Shown one piece after another: positions 25,001-37,894 of a stretch of 64,000 bases of DNA. The number at the start of each line of letters is the position of its first letter. Positions within the stretch are counted from its first letter, which is position 1. Source of the stretch: Eledone cirrhosa (Eukaryota). The stretch covers positions 64,356,001 to 64,420,000 of the forward strand of contig OZ024741.1 of assembly GCA_964016885.1 (NCBI GenBank), written 5' to 3'. The notes below the pieces were generated by a model that saw nothing but the letters and a program-made list of their open reading frames with translations, made no database searches and was not told the DNA's origin. Position numbers and translations under genes: made by a program.

Positions 25001-25573
25001 TCCCCATGAGACACGATGGGATAGCTAGAACCATCTGGAACGCACTTCGGAAAACAAAATTACCAACAAACGAGGAAGAATATATTGAGACAGATGGCAC
25101 TAAGGAATACTGGTGGAACCTGAAAATAAAAACTGCCACCAAATTAAAGCACAACCGGCCTGATATTGTTGTTTGGGATCACACATTGAAAACGTGTTCT
25201 GTTGTGGAGATCAGCTGCCCACTTGATGTAAACGTTGTCAGAAAAATACAGGAGAAGGAGGACATCTACGGACCATTGATGAGGAGTTTACAAATCCAGT
25301 ATCCAAGATACACCTTCAGCTTCATACCCATCATTATTGGATCTACGGGTTATATACCAACCCGCTTGGACCAAAGTATGACTGAACTTGGATTTGCGGA
25401 CAAAAAGCGCAGCTCCCTAATTCATAGTCTACAAATGACTGCGATAGCTGGCACCTTCAAAATTTGCAAAACATTCTTGCGATTCAAAGGATGACAATTT
25501 CTTTTCTTTTACAACCTTGCCACCAGGAAGGTGGCCGGTCAAAAAAATATACTCGAAATTAAGAGAAAGAGAT
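22054..25573 (+). mobile_element. R4/Dong-clade RLE non-LTR retrotransposon inside (CATA)n
   Basis: Single ORF broken by stops: RT (SPGPD, NYRPIAC, DYQKAFDSV, IFQGDSLS, FVDN, EGGRGL), CRLC..H..C finger, RHD, RPDIVVWD..VEISCP; (CATA)n on both sides. Confidence 0.9.
22912..25494 (+). pseudogene. R4-clade polyprotein RT, zinc finger and RLE, with premature stops and a catalytic DD read as DN
   Basis: ORFs 22912-24708, 24736-24936 and 24982-25494 are in the same frame separated by stops; HLFFVDNLKLY. Confidence 0.88.
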
Positions 25574-25737
25574 AACATACATACATACATACATACATAC
25601 ATACATACATACATACATACATACATACATACATACATACATACATACATACATACATACATACATGGATACATACATACATACATACATACATACATAC
25701 ATACATACATACATACATACATACATACATACATACA

Positions 25738-26147
25738 TGGTGGCTGCCAACTCGTTTTCGAGTACGGCCACTACTTTATAACCGTGTAGGAGAACCCCTA
25801 CCGATGAGCTGAACGAGTGTGACATTTTAGTCCAGCCAGCGACTTGAAAACTCTGGTACAAACACTACACTTGTGACAATTATTGACACATAGTGCTGGG
25901 CCCATGGTACCATGTGAGGACAAGTGCAGAGAGATCTCCAGATATAAAGCAATGCCTGTGCCGTGAAGCTTTTATGGTGAGCAAAGGCACTGCACAAAGC
26001 CAGTCCCACTCTCTTAACCAAGATGATATTTACCAAAAAGAAGAACAAGTCAACATCATTGGATACCATCAGGGTTGCAGGTGTTATATCAGAGTTTTCC
26101 TTCTCCTAGAATTCTGCCTTGACAAAGGCTAAGGGGTCATCGCTCCC

Positions 26148-26148
<1 letters not shown>
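25738..26148 (-). mobile_element. Short non-coding element with RTE-like 5'-UTR motif and (ATGT)n 3' flank
   Basis: Reverse strand has CTAGGAGAAGGAAAACTCTG; homologous to 41450-41725; ends GCAGCCACC-(ATGT)n. Confidence 0.65.
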
Positions 26149-26222
<74 letters not shown>

Positions 26223-26659
26223 CATACATACATACATACATACATACATACATACATACATACATACATACATACATACATACATACAAACAAACAAAAG
26301 GCACACCAGACACAGTTAGTGTATTAAAAAGGAAGAGGGAATAAAACTGCCACCCAAACATATTTACCCATTTCACCTCTACTTACCTTTTCACTCAGTC
26401 AAATAAATCTAGCATCTTCGTGCCAAAATAAATCAATATTTATCCCGAGACTAGAGCTAATCATTGTTTCGAATTACAATAATCCATAGCTCCAGTTTTC
26501 ATGGCATAGAGTAAGAAAAAGATAAGCATCCGATAAAATTAGGCCTCAAAGCGGTTTTGATTCTCTTTGGAAGACACATTACTTAAACTGCTGGTGCACT
26601 TTCAGTTTGACTTTGTATTTGCATACATTTTTCTGCAGAGCTGTTCAGCTAGAAATCGA

Positions 26660-27215
26660 ATTGTAGTTGGTGGTTAGCGATACAGCCATCAGATATGATG
26701 GTTGTTGCGATATAAATGGGCTCTTGTCGGATGAATAAGCAACCCCGGACCAACAGTGGTGAACTATTAGGGGAGATGGAATAATGAGTGACATTGTTAG
26801 CTCTCACAACCCAGTGATGTAGTTACGACGAGGCGAGAAAAGGCCGCCTCTAAATAAGTGTAGTCTTCGCTGGTTTGAGAAACGTACCAAATTGGTGATT
26901 GGTACAAATGAGGCCACGGAAACACTGAAATGTGGCCGGAAACAGCAAAGACATCCACACCGCATCGTTCTTCGCGCGGGATAACAAAGGACGGCTTCAG
27001 ACCAAAGGTAGACGGACTGTGGTTAGGATGTCTCAGAAATGAAACGCTGGACAGATTTTAAGAACAAAACCAGCCGGCAGGAGACCTAGGAGTAGACCCC
27101 GAGCAAAATGGTTGGATAACATCCATGAGCTCGGCTGGGGATGCAGCCAGATCAATTGGAGTAGGTTGCTTCTGACAGGACCTGCTGGAAGACGTGCTTG
27201 ATAACTCTATCCAAC
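26660..27215 (+). mobile_element. Non-autonomous RTE-clade derivative ending in (GAA)n
   Basis: 3' part translates KPAGRRPRSRPRAKWLDNIHELGW and VASDRTCWKTCL, resembling the RTE ORF C-terminus; 5' boundary approximate. Confidence 0.65.
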
Positions 27216-27580
27216 GAAGAAGAAGAAGAAGAAGAAGAAGAAGAAGAAGAAGAAGAAGAAGAAGAAGAAGAAGAAGAAGAAGAAGAAGAAGAAGAAGAAG
27301 AAGAAGAAGAAGAAGAAGAAGAAGAAGAAGAAGGGGGAAGGAGGAGGGGTAGGGGGAGTAGTAGAAGAAGAAGAAGAAGAAGAAGGGGGAAGGAGGAGGG
27401 GTAGGGGGAGTAGAAGAAGAAGAAGAAGAAGAAGAAGAAGAAGAAGAAGAAGAAGAAGAAGAAGAAGAAGAAGAAGAAGAAGAAGAAGAAGAAGGGGGAA
27501 GGAGGAGGGGTAGGGGGAGTAGAAGAAGAAGAAGAAGAAGAAGAAGAAGAAGAAGAAGAAGAAGAAGAAGAAGAAGAAGA
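27216..27580 (+). repeat. (GAA)n tract interrupted three times by GGGGAAGGAGGAGGGGTAGGGGGAGTA
   Basis: Direct reading. Confidence 0.95.
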
Positions 27581-28254
27581 ATATGTTGGTGCTGTTTAAT
27601 TGAATGTTCTCTGTTCCACTGTGGTTGAAATATTTATGCAATTAACTCAAGTTGCATAGTAAGCGCTAAATTTCAAGATTTCTGTATATTGTTACTAGCA
27701 AAATATTATAATTATGTTGCACATGTATGGATTATTTGAAAATGAATCAAACGTGTTTCCTGTCGATATAATATTTCAATTCAAAAAAAGGTGAAGAAAT
27801 GCCGATTTGAAACAGCAGTAAATATTAATTCTTTTTTAATGTATTGGAAAATTATTTCAGTTCAACTTGTTCGTCTTCAAATTATATATGTAATCGATCT
27901 ATAATAATTTCCATTAACAAGAAACTAATAAATTTATTATTTCATATTACGTTTTCTATGGATATTGATGTTGCTCTCTTTTCTTCAAGTATCCATGTTT
28001 TAATCTATTTCCTATATTAGAATCAAGTAGTGATAAATTTGTAGTTTGCACTAGTATGACAGTATGACATATTAAATATCGTTAAAGAATAGTTTTGATA
28101 TAGTCTATGAACTGTATGTGATGCTATCAGAATTCCCAGCTGTTCTCTTCTAAGACACAACAGTTGTTAGAGCGAGTTCAACATCTGTTGCTGAGATAAG
28201 TAACACTTTATATTCACCATCATCATCATTGTTGTTTTAATTATCTACTGAAAC

Positions 28255-28960
28255 GGGTGCTGGGTTGGTTGAACCGTTTCAGCATTGAACAAAAGGCTTT
28301 GTCATATTCCGAATCTTTATGTTCTCAGTTCAAATCCAGCCAAAGTTAACATTGCCTTTCATCCTTCCGGGGTCGATAAAGTAAGGTACCTGTAATGCAC
28401 TGGGGTTGGTTTCATCGGATTCCATTTCCCTAATATTGTTGACCTTGTGCCTAAATCAGAAATCATTATTATCTCTTGGTTTATGGGTGATTGATTGGCA
28501 GTATCGGTAGAGCGGCGGACATTCTTTGTGGCATATAGTTGCGGCCCTTTACATTATGAGTTCAAATCTCGCCGAGGTTATCTTTGCCTTTATTCCTTAC
28601 GGGGTCGATAAAATAAAGTACCAGTAACGTACTGGGATCAATTTATTCGAATTTCCCTTTCGCTTCAAAATTGCTGGCCTTGTGCCAAATATGCAAATAA
28701 CTATTATTTATTGGATTAGTATCATAATTTATTTGCAGCATCGGATAGAAGTATCGGTAGAGCGCTAGACAACATGCTTTGTGGCATAGAGTTACGGCCC
28801 TTTACGTTCTGAGTTCAAATCCCGCCGAAAAGTTAGCTTTGCCTTTCATCCTTACGGGGTCAATGAAATAAAGTACCAGTATTGCACTGGGATCGATTTA
28901 ATCGACTTTCCACTCCCCTAAAATTGCGGGCCTTAGGCCTATGGTAGAAATCTTTATTTA
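28255..28960 (+). mobile_element. Three tandem SINE copies (~28255-28470, 28490-28710, 28740-28960)
   Basis: Each has GTTCAAAT B-box, GCCTTT..TCCTT.CGGGGTC body, CCTT..GCC tail and ATT-rich end. Confidence 0.85.
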
Positions 28961-29916
28961 TAAAGAATGCAGTCATTACTTCATCAGCTGTAGGATTACA
29001 GATTATGATATTGGATCACATACTCTTTACAGTTCTTCCATCATCATAGGAGTAAGCTATCATCACACTCTTTTCTTTTTTACGCGTATTTTTTACGAGT
29101 ATCTCGAGCAGACAGAAAACAAAGTTCTGGACGCAATTAATGATCGTGGAAGTCTTAAGATTGTTAATTGTTGATTTTGTGATTAAATGAATACCATCCA
29201 GTGATATGACTTTCTTGGTAAAGTCATTAGCTTATATTTCGGCATATCATCGATATCAAAAGACAACTTTCTGATGATTCAGGCACTTGTCTATAGAGGT
29301 TTATTCGTTTGATTAAATTACTGATGCTTTCTTTGGTTGAAACTCCAAGTTGTGCTGGTGAAGAAACAGTTTTGGTTTATATCAGCCCCCGCCTCGAATT
29401 GATTAACATTCCTCATGCTTGCATACATTATGTTCCATCACTCACTCATTGGTTTTATGTATGCGTATGTGTGTGTATTTAAGGCAATTGACAGCCTTAG
29501 TCAGTATATATGATGGTTATTTGTGCAGTCTCTGGCTGTTAGAAATAGAAACCAAATCTCCCTCAAATCAGACCCTACCACTTTAAGCAAAAGAATGATT
29601 TATTAAGTAATGTAGTCATAAATATACTATGTCGGAAACTGAAAATCAAAAACAGCGTAATCATAATTAGAACACCTTGATCCTAATTTAGGTCGAATAA
29701 GGCTGGCCTAGGACTAAACATTACGATCATCGTATCAATGACATGGAAATTAGGATAGTATGGCCGAAACTGAAATTATATGAAGAGATAAAGATTAAAA
29801 TTGTGAAAGGTTAAAGATTAACAGGTACAGATTAATGTTCTTGAGTCCTGGGAAGGATTGGCAACTTAAAACGAACACCTAAAACTTGACGCGTTAATGA
29901 AGTTCATTATTTTAGA

Positions 29917-30138
29917 GGGTGGTGGATTGGCAGTATCGGTAGAGGGTCAGACGCCTTGCTTTGCCGCATAGAGTTACGGCCCTTTATGATCTGAGTTCAA
30001 TCCCGCCGAGGTTAACTTTGCCTTTCATCCTTACGGGGTCGATAAAATAAAGTACCAGTCACTCACTGGGGTCGATTTAATCGACTTTCCCCTCCCCCAA
30101 AATTGCTGGCCTTGTGCCTATATAAAAAAACATTATTT
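29917..30138 (+). mobile_element. Well-preserved tRNA-derived SINE with Nin-like central domain
   Basis: A-box-like TGGCAGTATCGG, B-box GAGTTCAATCCC, GCCTTTCATCCTTACGGGGTCGATAAAATAAAGTACCAG, tail GCTGGCCTTGTGCCTA. Confidence 0.85.
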
Positions 30139-30324
30139 TAGTGAGTCCATAAAGCTGGGGGTTCGGGACCCTATAAGATATTGAGAAACTTTTGAAATTT
30201 ACCTAATTACAGGTGAATTTTGAAGCTATATAAAATAGGTACTAGAACATCTAATATCAATATTAAATGGTTCATACTATTGGCTGGTTATTCTAACACA
30301 AAAAGTTGCCTTATACTCATTTAT

Positions 30325-30500
30325 AATTTAGGCACACGGTGTAAGAAAAATCGTTTACAACGACTCCAGTACTTCACTGGTACTTTATTTTATCGAGCCA
30401 CGAAGAAGGAAATGTAAACTGGACCTCAGCGAGATTTGAACATAAAAGGGGCAATAACTACCGCAAAATATTTATCTGGTGGTCTGTTGATTCCGCCCTT
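30325..30500 (-). mobile_element. Degenerate SINE copy
   Basis: TTTAGGCACA..ACTGGTACTTTATTTTATCGA..GATTTGAAC. Confidence 0.6.
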
Positions 30501-30994
30501 AAAAGATCTTTATTTTAATAATAAATATTTAAAAAGAAACTAAGACAAGACATATCCAATACATTTTTCATGTTAGATAATTCAGATGAAGAAATAGACA
30601 GAAAGGAAGATAAAAGTTGAAAATATATTTTCAACTTTTTTTTTAAATAGCGCTAACAGCACTACTATGTCTGACTGAATCTACTTTATTCAAGAATATT
30701 TTGTGTTATAAAACTGTTATTTTTGTTATGCTCGGTAGCTATGAAGAACATGTAAGACTTAATACAAAAAGAAAAAAGAAAATGTATTTCAATTTTTGCT
30801 TTTGCTTGATATTAACGTATACAATTAATAGACAGATAAACATTCAATAGTTGTGAATACGTAGAATGAATTTGAAATCTTATAATTGTGATTTTATTAA
30901 ATTTACTTGAATATGCTTGGAAACAAAATGATTGGCTGGTATTCGACGAAATTGAAATTATTAAGCAATAATAACTCAATTACTCGATGGAAGA

Positions 30995-31044
<50 letters not shown>

Positions 31045-31084
31045 ATGTATGTATCATATATATGTATTATATATACATATATTA

Positions 31085-31147
<63 letters not shown>

Positions 31148-31322
31148 AGATTCAGGACCCCATTACATATATATATATATGTATATACACACATATTTAC
31201 GATTCCATCTGAGTACATATTCTTCTATTGAATATGTATTTGGTATATATACAATATACCATGTTTCTCTTATGATATATGGCCCTTTCCCTCTATATAT
31301 AAACATCTATCTCTTAACTTGG

Positions 31323-31426
<104 letters not shown>

Positions 31427-31777
31427 TATATATATATACATCATAATATGGGTATATGTCGTGATAATCTTTATTGAAAAGTGAGAATGTTATATATAGT
31501 ATTAAATTTTTCAAATAATTGAAATAAGTTAAGCACATTTTTCTATATTTGGTATTTAATTAACTACTCATATAATACAACACAAATAATGTTCGTTTGC
31601 GAAAAAGGAAAGTGTATGATATATGGAATACATTGTACGGTTAATATAGTTAGATATTGCCTACTAGAACAAGTAGAATGATTTTATCACGTGATACTAA
31701 TGTGATTAAATATAGTGACATATATTGTTCCTATATGAAACTATGCACCTTTTTTACAATTTGACTAGTTGATTAAA

Positions 31778-31862
31778 TAACTGTTTCTACTTTTGGCACA
31801 AGGCCAGCAATTACCAGTATATTACTGGTACTTTATTTTATCGACCCCATAAGGATGAAATA
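31778..31862 (-). mobile_element. SINE 3' fragment
   Basis: TGTTTCTACTTTTGGCACAAGGCCAGCAATT..TTATCGACCCCATAAGGATGAAA. Confidence 0.75.
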
Positions 31863-32235
31863 ACAAGCATAAATCAATATTCCCGTGGAAAGTTGTTATG
31901 ACAGTTAATAGTTTAACTGATAGATAGATAGATAGATAAATTTCTTTATTAGCCACAAGGGCACAAAAGAAGGGGACAAATACAAATGGGGAGTTTACAT
32001 ACAGGTATATGAAAATAAAACTATTAATACAATAACAAATAACAATTGAAATCCCCAATAGGGGGGAGGTGTTACACAGGGGTTGTACACACCCCGAAAA
32101 AATGTACAACCCTCATCTCCAGGAGCACCAAGAGTGAGTACTCCCTTCCTCTCTTCCTCTTTTCCCTCAACCTACAGGCTTATATAGAGAGAAGGCCCAA
32201 CCACTCGGGCCATCTTTGCCACATTCACCCACCTT

Positions 32236-35200
32236 TTATAAAATTTGCTGGGGTTCAGCACCTCTCTCCATCCTGATTCTTCTTCCAAAATGATATTTGA
32301 AAAAACGAATCAGTTGCTCGCCGGAGAGAATGGTGTCTGACCTCAGCCCTTTTAACCTCGTCCACCATATAACCTCTTTCACCATAGCCATAACACATAG
32401 GAAAACCGCTTCTCCCTCGTTTTTGAAGGAGGGTGGCGGTTTGATCATGACAATGGACTCGGTGGTCAACTGGATTGGGGTCACCCGCGACAATAGTCGT
32501 TCTACATAGCCCCACAGGTCGGTAACGCCCGGGCAGTGTACAAATGCGTGTGTGACGGTTTCCTCGTCGCGCACGCATCTCGGACAGATCTTTTTCGAAG
32601 GGTCCCTACTCGGGAGCCCGTGTCTGTAGAGCTTGTCTCGAACTGGTAGAGCTCCTCGGTAGCACTGCCAGGCCAGGGACTTTTGGAAGTTGTCGATTGG
32701 TCCCGGACGGAACGTCCTACCGAACAGACTGGCCAGTTCGTCCTCCTCTACGCCTAGAGTTTCTCCAAGCGTGTCGTCGCACTTGCTGCAGACCAACCCT
32801 CTATAGAAAGTCGAAGTGGAGTCTCCACTGATCGCCGGGTCCGTTTGCCAGAGGACTGTGAGCGCCTGAGCACATTCGATATCCCAGTCGCCCATTTTCC
32901 TCGGTCTTTGCTTGACACAGGGCTGCAGCTCGGTCAGCGAGACGAGTCGTGGGAAGGCTCGTCTCACGAACGGGAGCCACACCGGTTGTCTGGTGAGGAA
33001 TACGTGGAGGTGCCGCAGGTGCCGCAGTCTGAGCGCGTGTTTGCGTATCGTCAGCCACGGCATCCCCAGCCCTCCGTTTGAAGGGTGTTGGCAGCAGATG
33101 GATCTTCTCACCAAAGGAGCCCGTTTCTTCCAAAGGAATTGGAAGAGCGCGCGCCCCATTTTGGCGAGCGTTTTGGCTGGACAAGGCACGACGGTCAAGC
33201 GGTAGTAGATGACGGACGCTATGTAAGTGTTCGCCGCCTCCGCTCGACCTTTCAAGTATAGTTTGCACTCGGCCCACTTCTGGGTGAGCGCAAACACCTT
33301 GGCCGTCACCTCGTTCCAGTTCTTCTCCGCCTGGAGGTCTGGACAAAACCAGACCCCGAGCAGCTTTACCGGTGCTACCGTCCAGCGTCCGACGACGTCA
33401 TCGGAAGGCATCGGTTTGCCTCTCCGCGTTCCGAGTTGCAAACCGACGGATTTCTCCCGGTTCAGCTTCGCTCCTGTGAACCTTTCGTATTCCTCCAGTA
33501 AGGTGCCCATCTCCCCGATGTGCGAGGTGCTCGACACCATTACTTTCACGTCGTCGGCGTAGGCCGACGCCGCTTTTCGCAGTCCTGGTTCCAAAGAGAT
33601 GCTCTGCAATAGCTTCAACTTCCGCAGTAGTGGGTCGAGAGTCAGTACGTACAGAAGGGAGGAGAGAGGGCATCCCTGTCGGGTGGATCGACTGATATGG
33701 AATGGATCCGAGAGGTAGCCGTTCACCTTGACCCTTGAGCAGATGTTGCTGCAATGCACAGCAGCAACATCTGCTCAATCCAGCCCCTGGAGACAGGTCC
33801 GAAGCCTGCCGCCTCGAGCACCGCATCCAGGTAATGATGGTCAACCCTATCGAAAGCCTTAGACTGATCCAAGTTGATCAGGGCCCCACCAAAGCCGGGT
33901 TTACACCCTACTCTCTCTATGATGCATCGCATGAGGTGGAGGTTGTCGTGTATGGACCTGGTCGGTATTGCGCATGTCTGCGCTTCTCCCACCAGGTTTT
34001 CGACGACAAGCGCCAGCCTCTTTGCCAACACCTTGGCCAAAATCTGTAACTCAGTGTTGAGCAGAGTTATGGGCCGGAAGTTTCCTATGTCATCTCCCTT
34101 GTTCTTGTCCTTCCTGACTAACGTGATTACGCCCTTGGTCACAGAACTGGGAATTATCCCGTTCTGCTGCCAGTTGCAGTAGACCGCTTCCAGGAGACCG
34201 GAGAACAAGTCCGGCATTGCTACGTAAAATTCGTAAGGTAGACCGTTGAGACCTGAAGATTTGCGTTTGCTGCATTGGCTCAGCGCGTCCCCTATCTCAG
34301 CGGCCGAAATCGGCCTTTCGCAGAACTTCGCCTCGCTGTCCGAGATTCGCGGTAGGCCGTCGAGGTTTGAACCGAAACGCATAGCCCCTCCCGGCGCGCC
34401 GCCCTGCCCGAACAGTTGAGCAAAGTGTCGCTGAAAGGCCACGCACATTTGCTTCGGCTCACGTATCACGCGTCCGTCTTGGTCCTTCGAAGACCAAATC
34501 GTGGACTTGTTGCCACTTTTCGCCTCCGTCACTCGGGCCCAGCTAACAGCTTTGGCTCCCTCGTTTCCCAGAGCACGTATCTGGCTTCTGACAACGCAGC
34601 CTTCATGCTTTGCGTCGAAGAACTGGTCCAAGGCCGTTCTCGTCGCTAGCACGCTGGCTACGTTGCCACTCCTAAGTGCCCCTTGTACTTTATCTACCAG
34701 TTCCTTTTCGATCTTATTTCTATCTAACACTAATTCTTTACTAAAACCTATCGAGTCTAATCTAACTACTCTCTTGAGAGAGTACCACCATCTGTTGTTG
34801 ACAATGGCCTCCGTCAAGTGCTGCTTAACTAAAGTGCTAATCCGTCTACTGTAGGCTTTACATGTCGGTAACGACAAGTTCAGCTTCCAGTAGCCGGGTC
34901 CCTGTCTATGGGTTTTGTCAAGGTTGACTAAGCAGGTCACTAATTTGTGATCTGAATAGGCAACCATGAACATTTGTGGACAGGTTAACATATCCTTCTT
35001 TCTAACTAGAACCCTATCTAGGTACGATCTAGATGTTCCGCTGCGATTAGTCCACGTCCACAGTGGCACAGTCGGAAAATCTAGTCGATATCTATCGGCC
35101 AGATCAAATCGGCCGATTAACTGTTTGAGGCTGTTACAAACCATCACCACCACAACCACTCCACCCCCTCTATCGGGACATGCTTCCACATAGTCCCAAC

Positions 35201-35645
35201 GTGCATCTAGGATTCCATTCCAGTCCCCCACTAACAGCAGGCAGCGGGACGTTTCCAGAAAAGTCTCTAGACGTTTGAAGAAGTCTAGCCGCGGTGTCCC
35301 GGATGGGGCATATGCGGCCACCAACTTGAAGGCTCCACCTTCACTACCATCAACGTCTAGGACCACCAGTCGACCCTCCGGGTCCAGACGTACCGTCTGT
35401 GTTACGAGATCCAGATGTTTCCGCAGCAAAACGGCAACCCCACCTCTACCTCCCGGCTGACAGAGAGATGCGTAGATCTCAAAGTCGTCGAAGATGGGGA
35501 CCAGTTGTCGCTCGCTGTGGATCCTGGACTCGCAAATGGCTACTACATCCAAACTGTGCGACCTGAGGTCGTTTAAGAGTTTGCCCTGTTTCCAGGGCAT
35601 CCCCAGGCCGCGTACATTCACACATCCAACTCTTATATTGGCCAT
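32236..35645 (-). pseudogene. Tx1 ORF2 (APE, RT, CCHC), frameshift near 33760 caused by a small duplication
   Basis: 640-aa and 507-aa ORFs with NVRGL, ICES, GDWN, YLDR, SDH, RQGCPLS, YADD, CPRC..HC. Confidence 0.93.
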
Positions 35646-35681
35646 GTTGGTGCTGAAAAGTTAAAAGAAGAGGAAAAGAAA

Positions 35682-37686
35682 TCACTCACCTCTTCGTCTC
35701 CTGGCGACCAGGCTGCACAATTTCCATGGGGGTGTTGGAGGGTTGTTTGGTGGGGTGGTCTCTAGAGGGGTGGGGACATAGATGTTTGGTGGGGAGGGGG
35801 TGTCTGGTGGGATGGGGGTGGGGAAACATTTTAACAGGACTCGATTGTAGGGTTTGACGCAGGGTTTACCTACGTCGTTAGGAAATTTTTCTTTTAACTG
35901 TTTATGTGTGTCCATGGAGGTCCTAATCATTTTAAGATTAGGATTCTCCGAAGAGTGTGTAAAAGTTTTCCCTTCGGTCTCCACCGAAGGGTTTTTATAT
36001 ATGGTGTCTGTTAAAGTTTTATTGTTAGTATTTATGTAGGTGTAATATTTTTGTTGTGTTGGGTTGTTTTTTGTCTGTGGTTCTTGTGTGTGTTTACGTT
36101 TTGTAGTAGGTGTTTCGTTTTCAGGAGGGGTTGTTTTTGTTTGTGCTGTTTGCGTCGCTTGTGTTGGTGTTTGTGTGTTTGTTGCATTTTTGTTTGTGTT
36201 ATGACTTTTCTTTTTTTCTTTTTACTGGTCGGAAAGGCTCTCCCTCATCGTCACTGGGTGACGATGATGAGGCCTCATCCATGTTGTTGGGGAGGGGTAC
36301 ATTTTAGGGAGCTGTTATGTGTGTGGGTGTTTCTGGAGTTGTTTTAGGTGGGGAGGGGTTGGGTGGGACTGTGTTTGTCGTTTGTTTTGTTGTCACTATT
36401 TTTTATGTTGTTGTTGTTGTGGTGATGGTGGTGATTGTTGTGCTGGTGTTGCAGGTGTTGGCAGTAGTGCCTTTTTTGGCTAGTTAGCCGAGGACAGGAA
36501 ACTCTCAGGTGGCCCCTGCTTGAGCAGTGGTAACATGAGGGCCGCCTACCCTCGACCGAAATGTATATGTATATAAGTCAATCCAGCAACACACGTTCCG
36601 AGATCCTAGCTATTCGTTCTGGTGTCATTTGGACCAGAACTTCCAGGCTAGTTCCGCTGAACAGGTCGCCGGAGGACTTACCTACCGATATTATATATTC
36701 TGTTTCGTGGTTTAAAATCCACATAGTACCCACCAAATATTAATATTTGGTGTGATACTTGGGATTTTTATTTTCTGTGTTCTTTTCCCCATGTAAGTGG
36801 GGAAAAAGGTGAACAGCGGTGACACAATTGGCGACACAGAATATTTCTGTGCCGTCAATTGCTCTTTCATTAGAATGGATAAACTCCCGTAGAGTCTACC
36901 CTTCTGAATAAAGGCAATGTCTTTTACGGCATTTTTTAAAGCCAACTCAATTTCGCCTTGTGAAAGTTGGGTCGGTTTTCGTATTTTGTTTGAGATTGTC
37001 CTGAAAATCACAGTTTTCAAGGCAGCTTCTCTTCGCAAATCTGGGGGAGAGTTTATGGAGAATGATCCGTTCTCCCCAAAAGTTACATATTGTCTGGCGT
37101 TATTCAAAAGCTCATTTGCATTTGAAATATCTACCGGAGTGTAGCTTACCGTTTTCTTTACGGTTTGCGCAAATGATATTTTGTCGTTTACTTCCTTGTT
37201 GCAGTTATTGGTCTTGTTGTTATTATTGTTCTTATTGTTGATGTTGTTTTCGTTTTTTCCGTTGTTGGTGTTATTGTTGTTGTTGGTTGTGGTTTTGTTG
37301 TCGTTGTTCTTCTTGTTCTCGTTGTCACTGTTGTTGTTGATGGCGTTGTTTTGGTTTGTGCCATTCACAGTTTTCGTGTTGGTGGTGCTGGTGTTGTTGT
37401 CAGGGTGTGTTTTAAACATACCGAAGTGTTTCAACGAGGCGGTGCAATCTGCTTGTTGGCTTGACACTTTTACCGTCCCTCCACCACCTCTGTCTAATTG
37501 TTGGCTGACAGTTTTGATGTTGCTGTTGTTGTTACTGTTGTTGTTGTTGGTGATAGCAGCAGGCAGGTAGCCTTCCCCTGATACTAGTGCTGTGGAAGGT
37601 GAGATTAACAGCCCATCTCCACAATTCTCTGATGTGTTTTTTGTGAAGATGAGATCAAAGAATTTGGCCATTTTGGCTATATTCAA
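35682..37686 (-). pseudogene. Tx1 ORF1, frameshifted
   Basis: Asn-rich N-terminus, ISFAQTV, FFPTYMGKRTQ; CYHCSSRGHLRVSC knuckle near 36500-36540; NRVLLKC C-terminal block. Confidence 0.85.
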
Positions 37687-37894
37687 AATTCCGGTAGAAA
37701 TTTTGTGGGATTTCTCCGTTTTTCGCCCTGATGGGCTTATTATTTGGGGTTGCTACCACCTACAAATTGTAGGGTGGCAGCCTATCTACAAAATGGTGTG
37801 AGAATGTAGATTCAATTAATGCAATTTCCAATGAAAGTAAAACATTTACTCACCAGCGCGTTTTCCACGTGTTAGACAGAATCCGAGATAGATA

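Larger units (their letters stand above)
31939..37886 (-). mobile_element. Tx1 LINE copy E, full length, least degraded complete copy
   Basis: ORF1 remnants 35682-37686; ORF2 as 33723-35645 plus 32236-33759; GATA repeats at both ends. Confidence 0.93.

Noticed and set aside
29917-30010. tRNA gene suggested by A and B boxes
   Set aside because: No cloverleaf; it continues into the SINE body and recurs about 18 times
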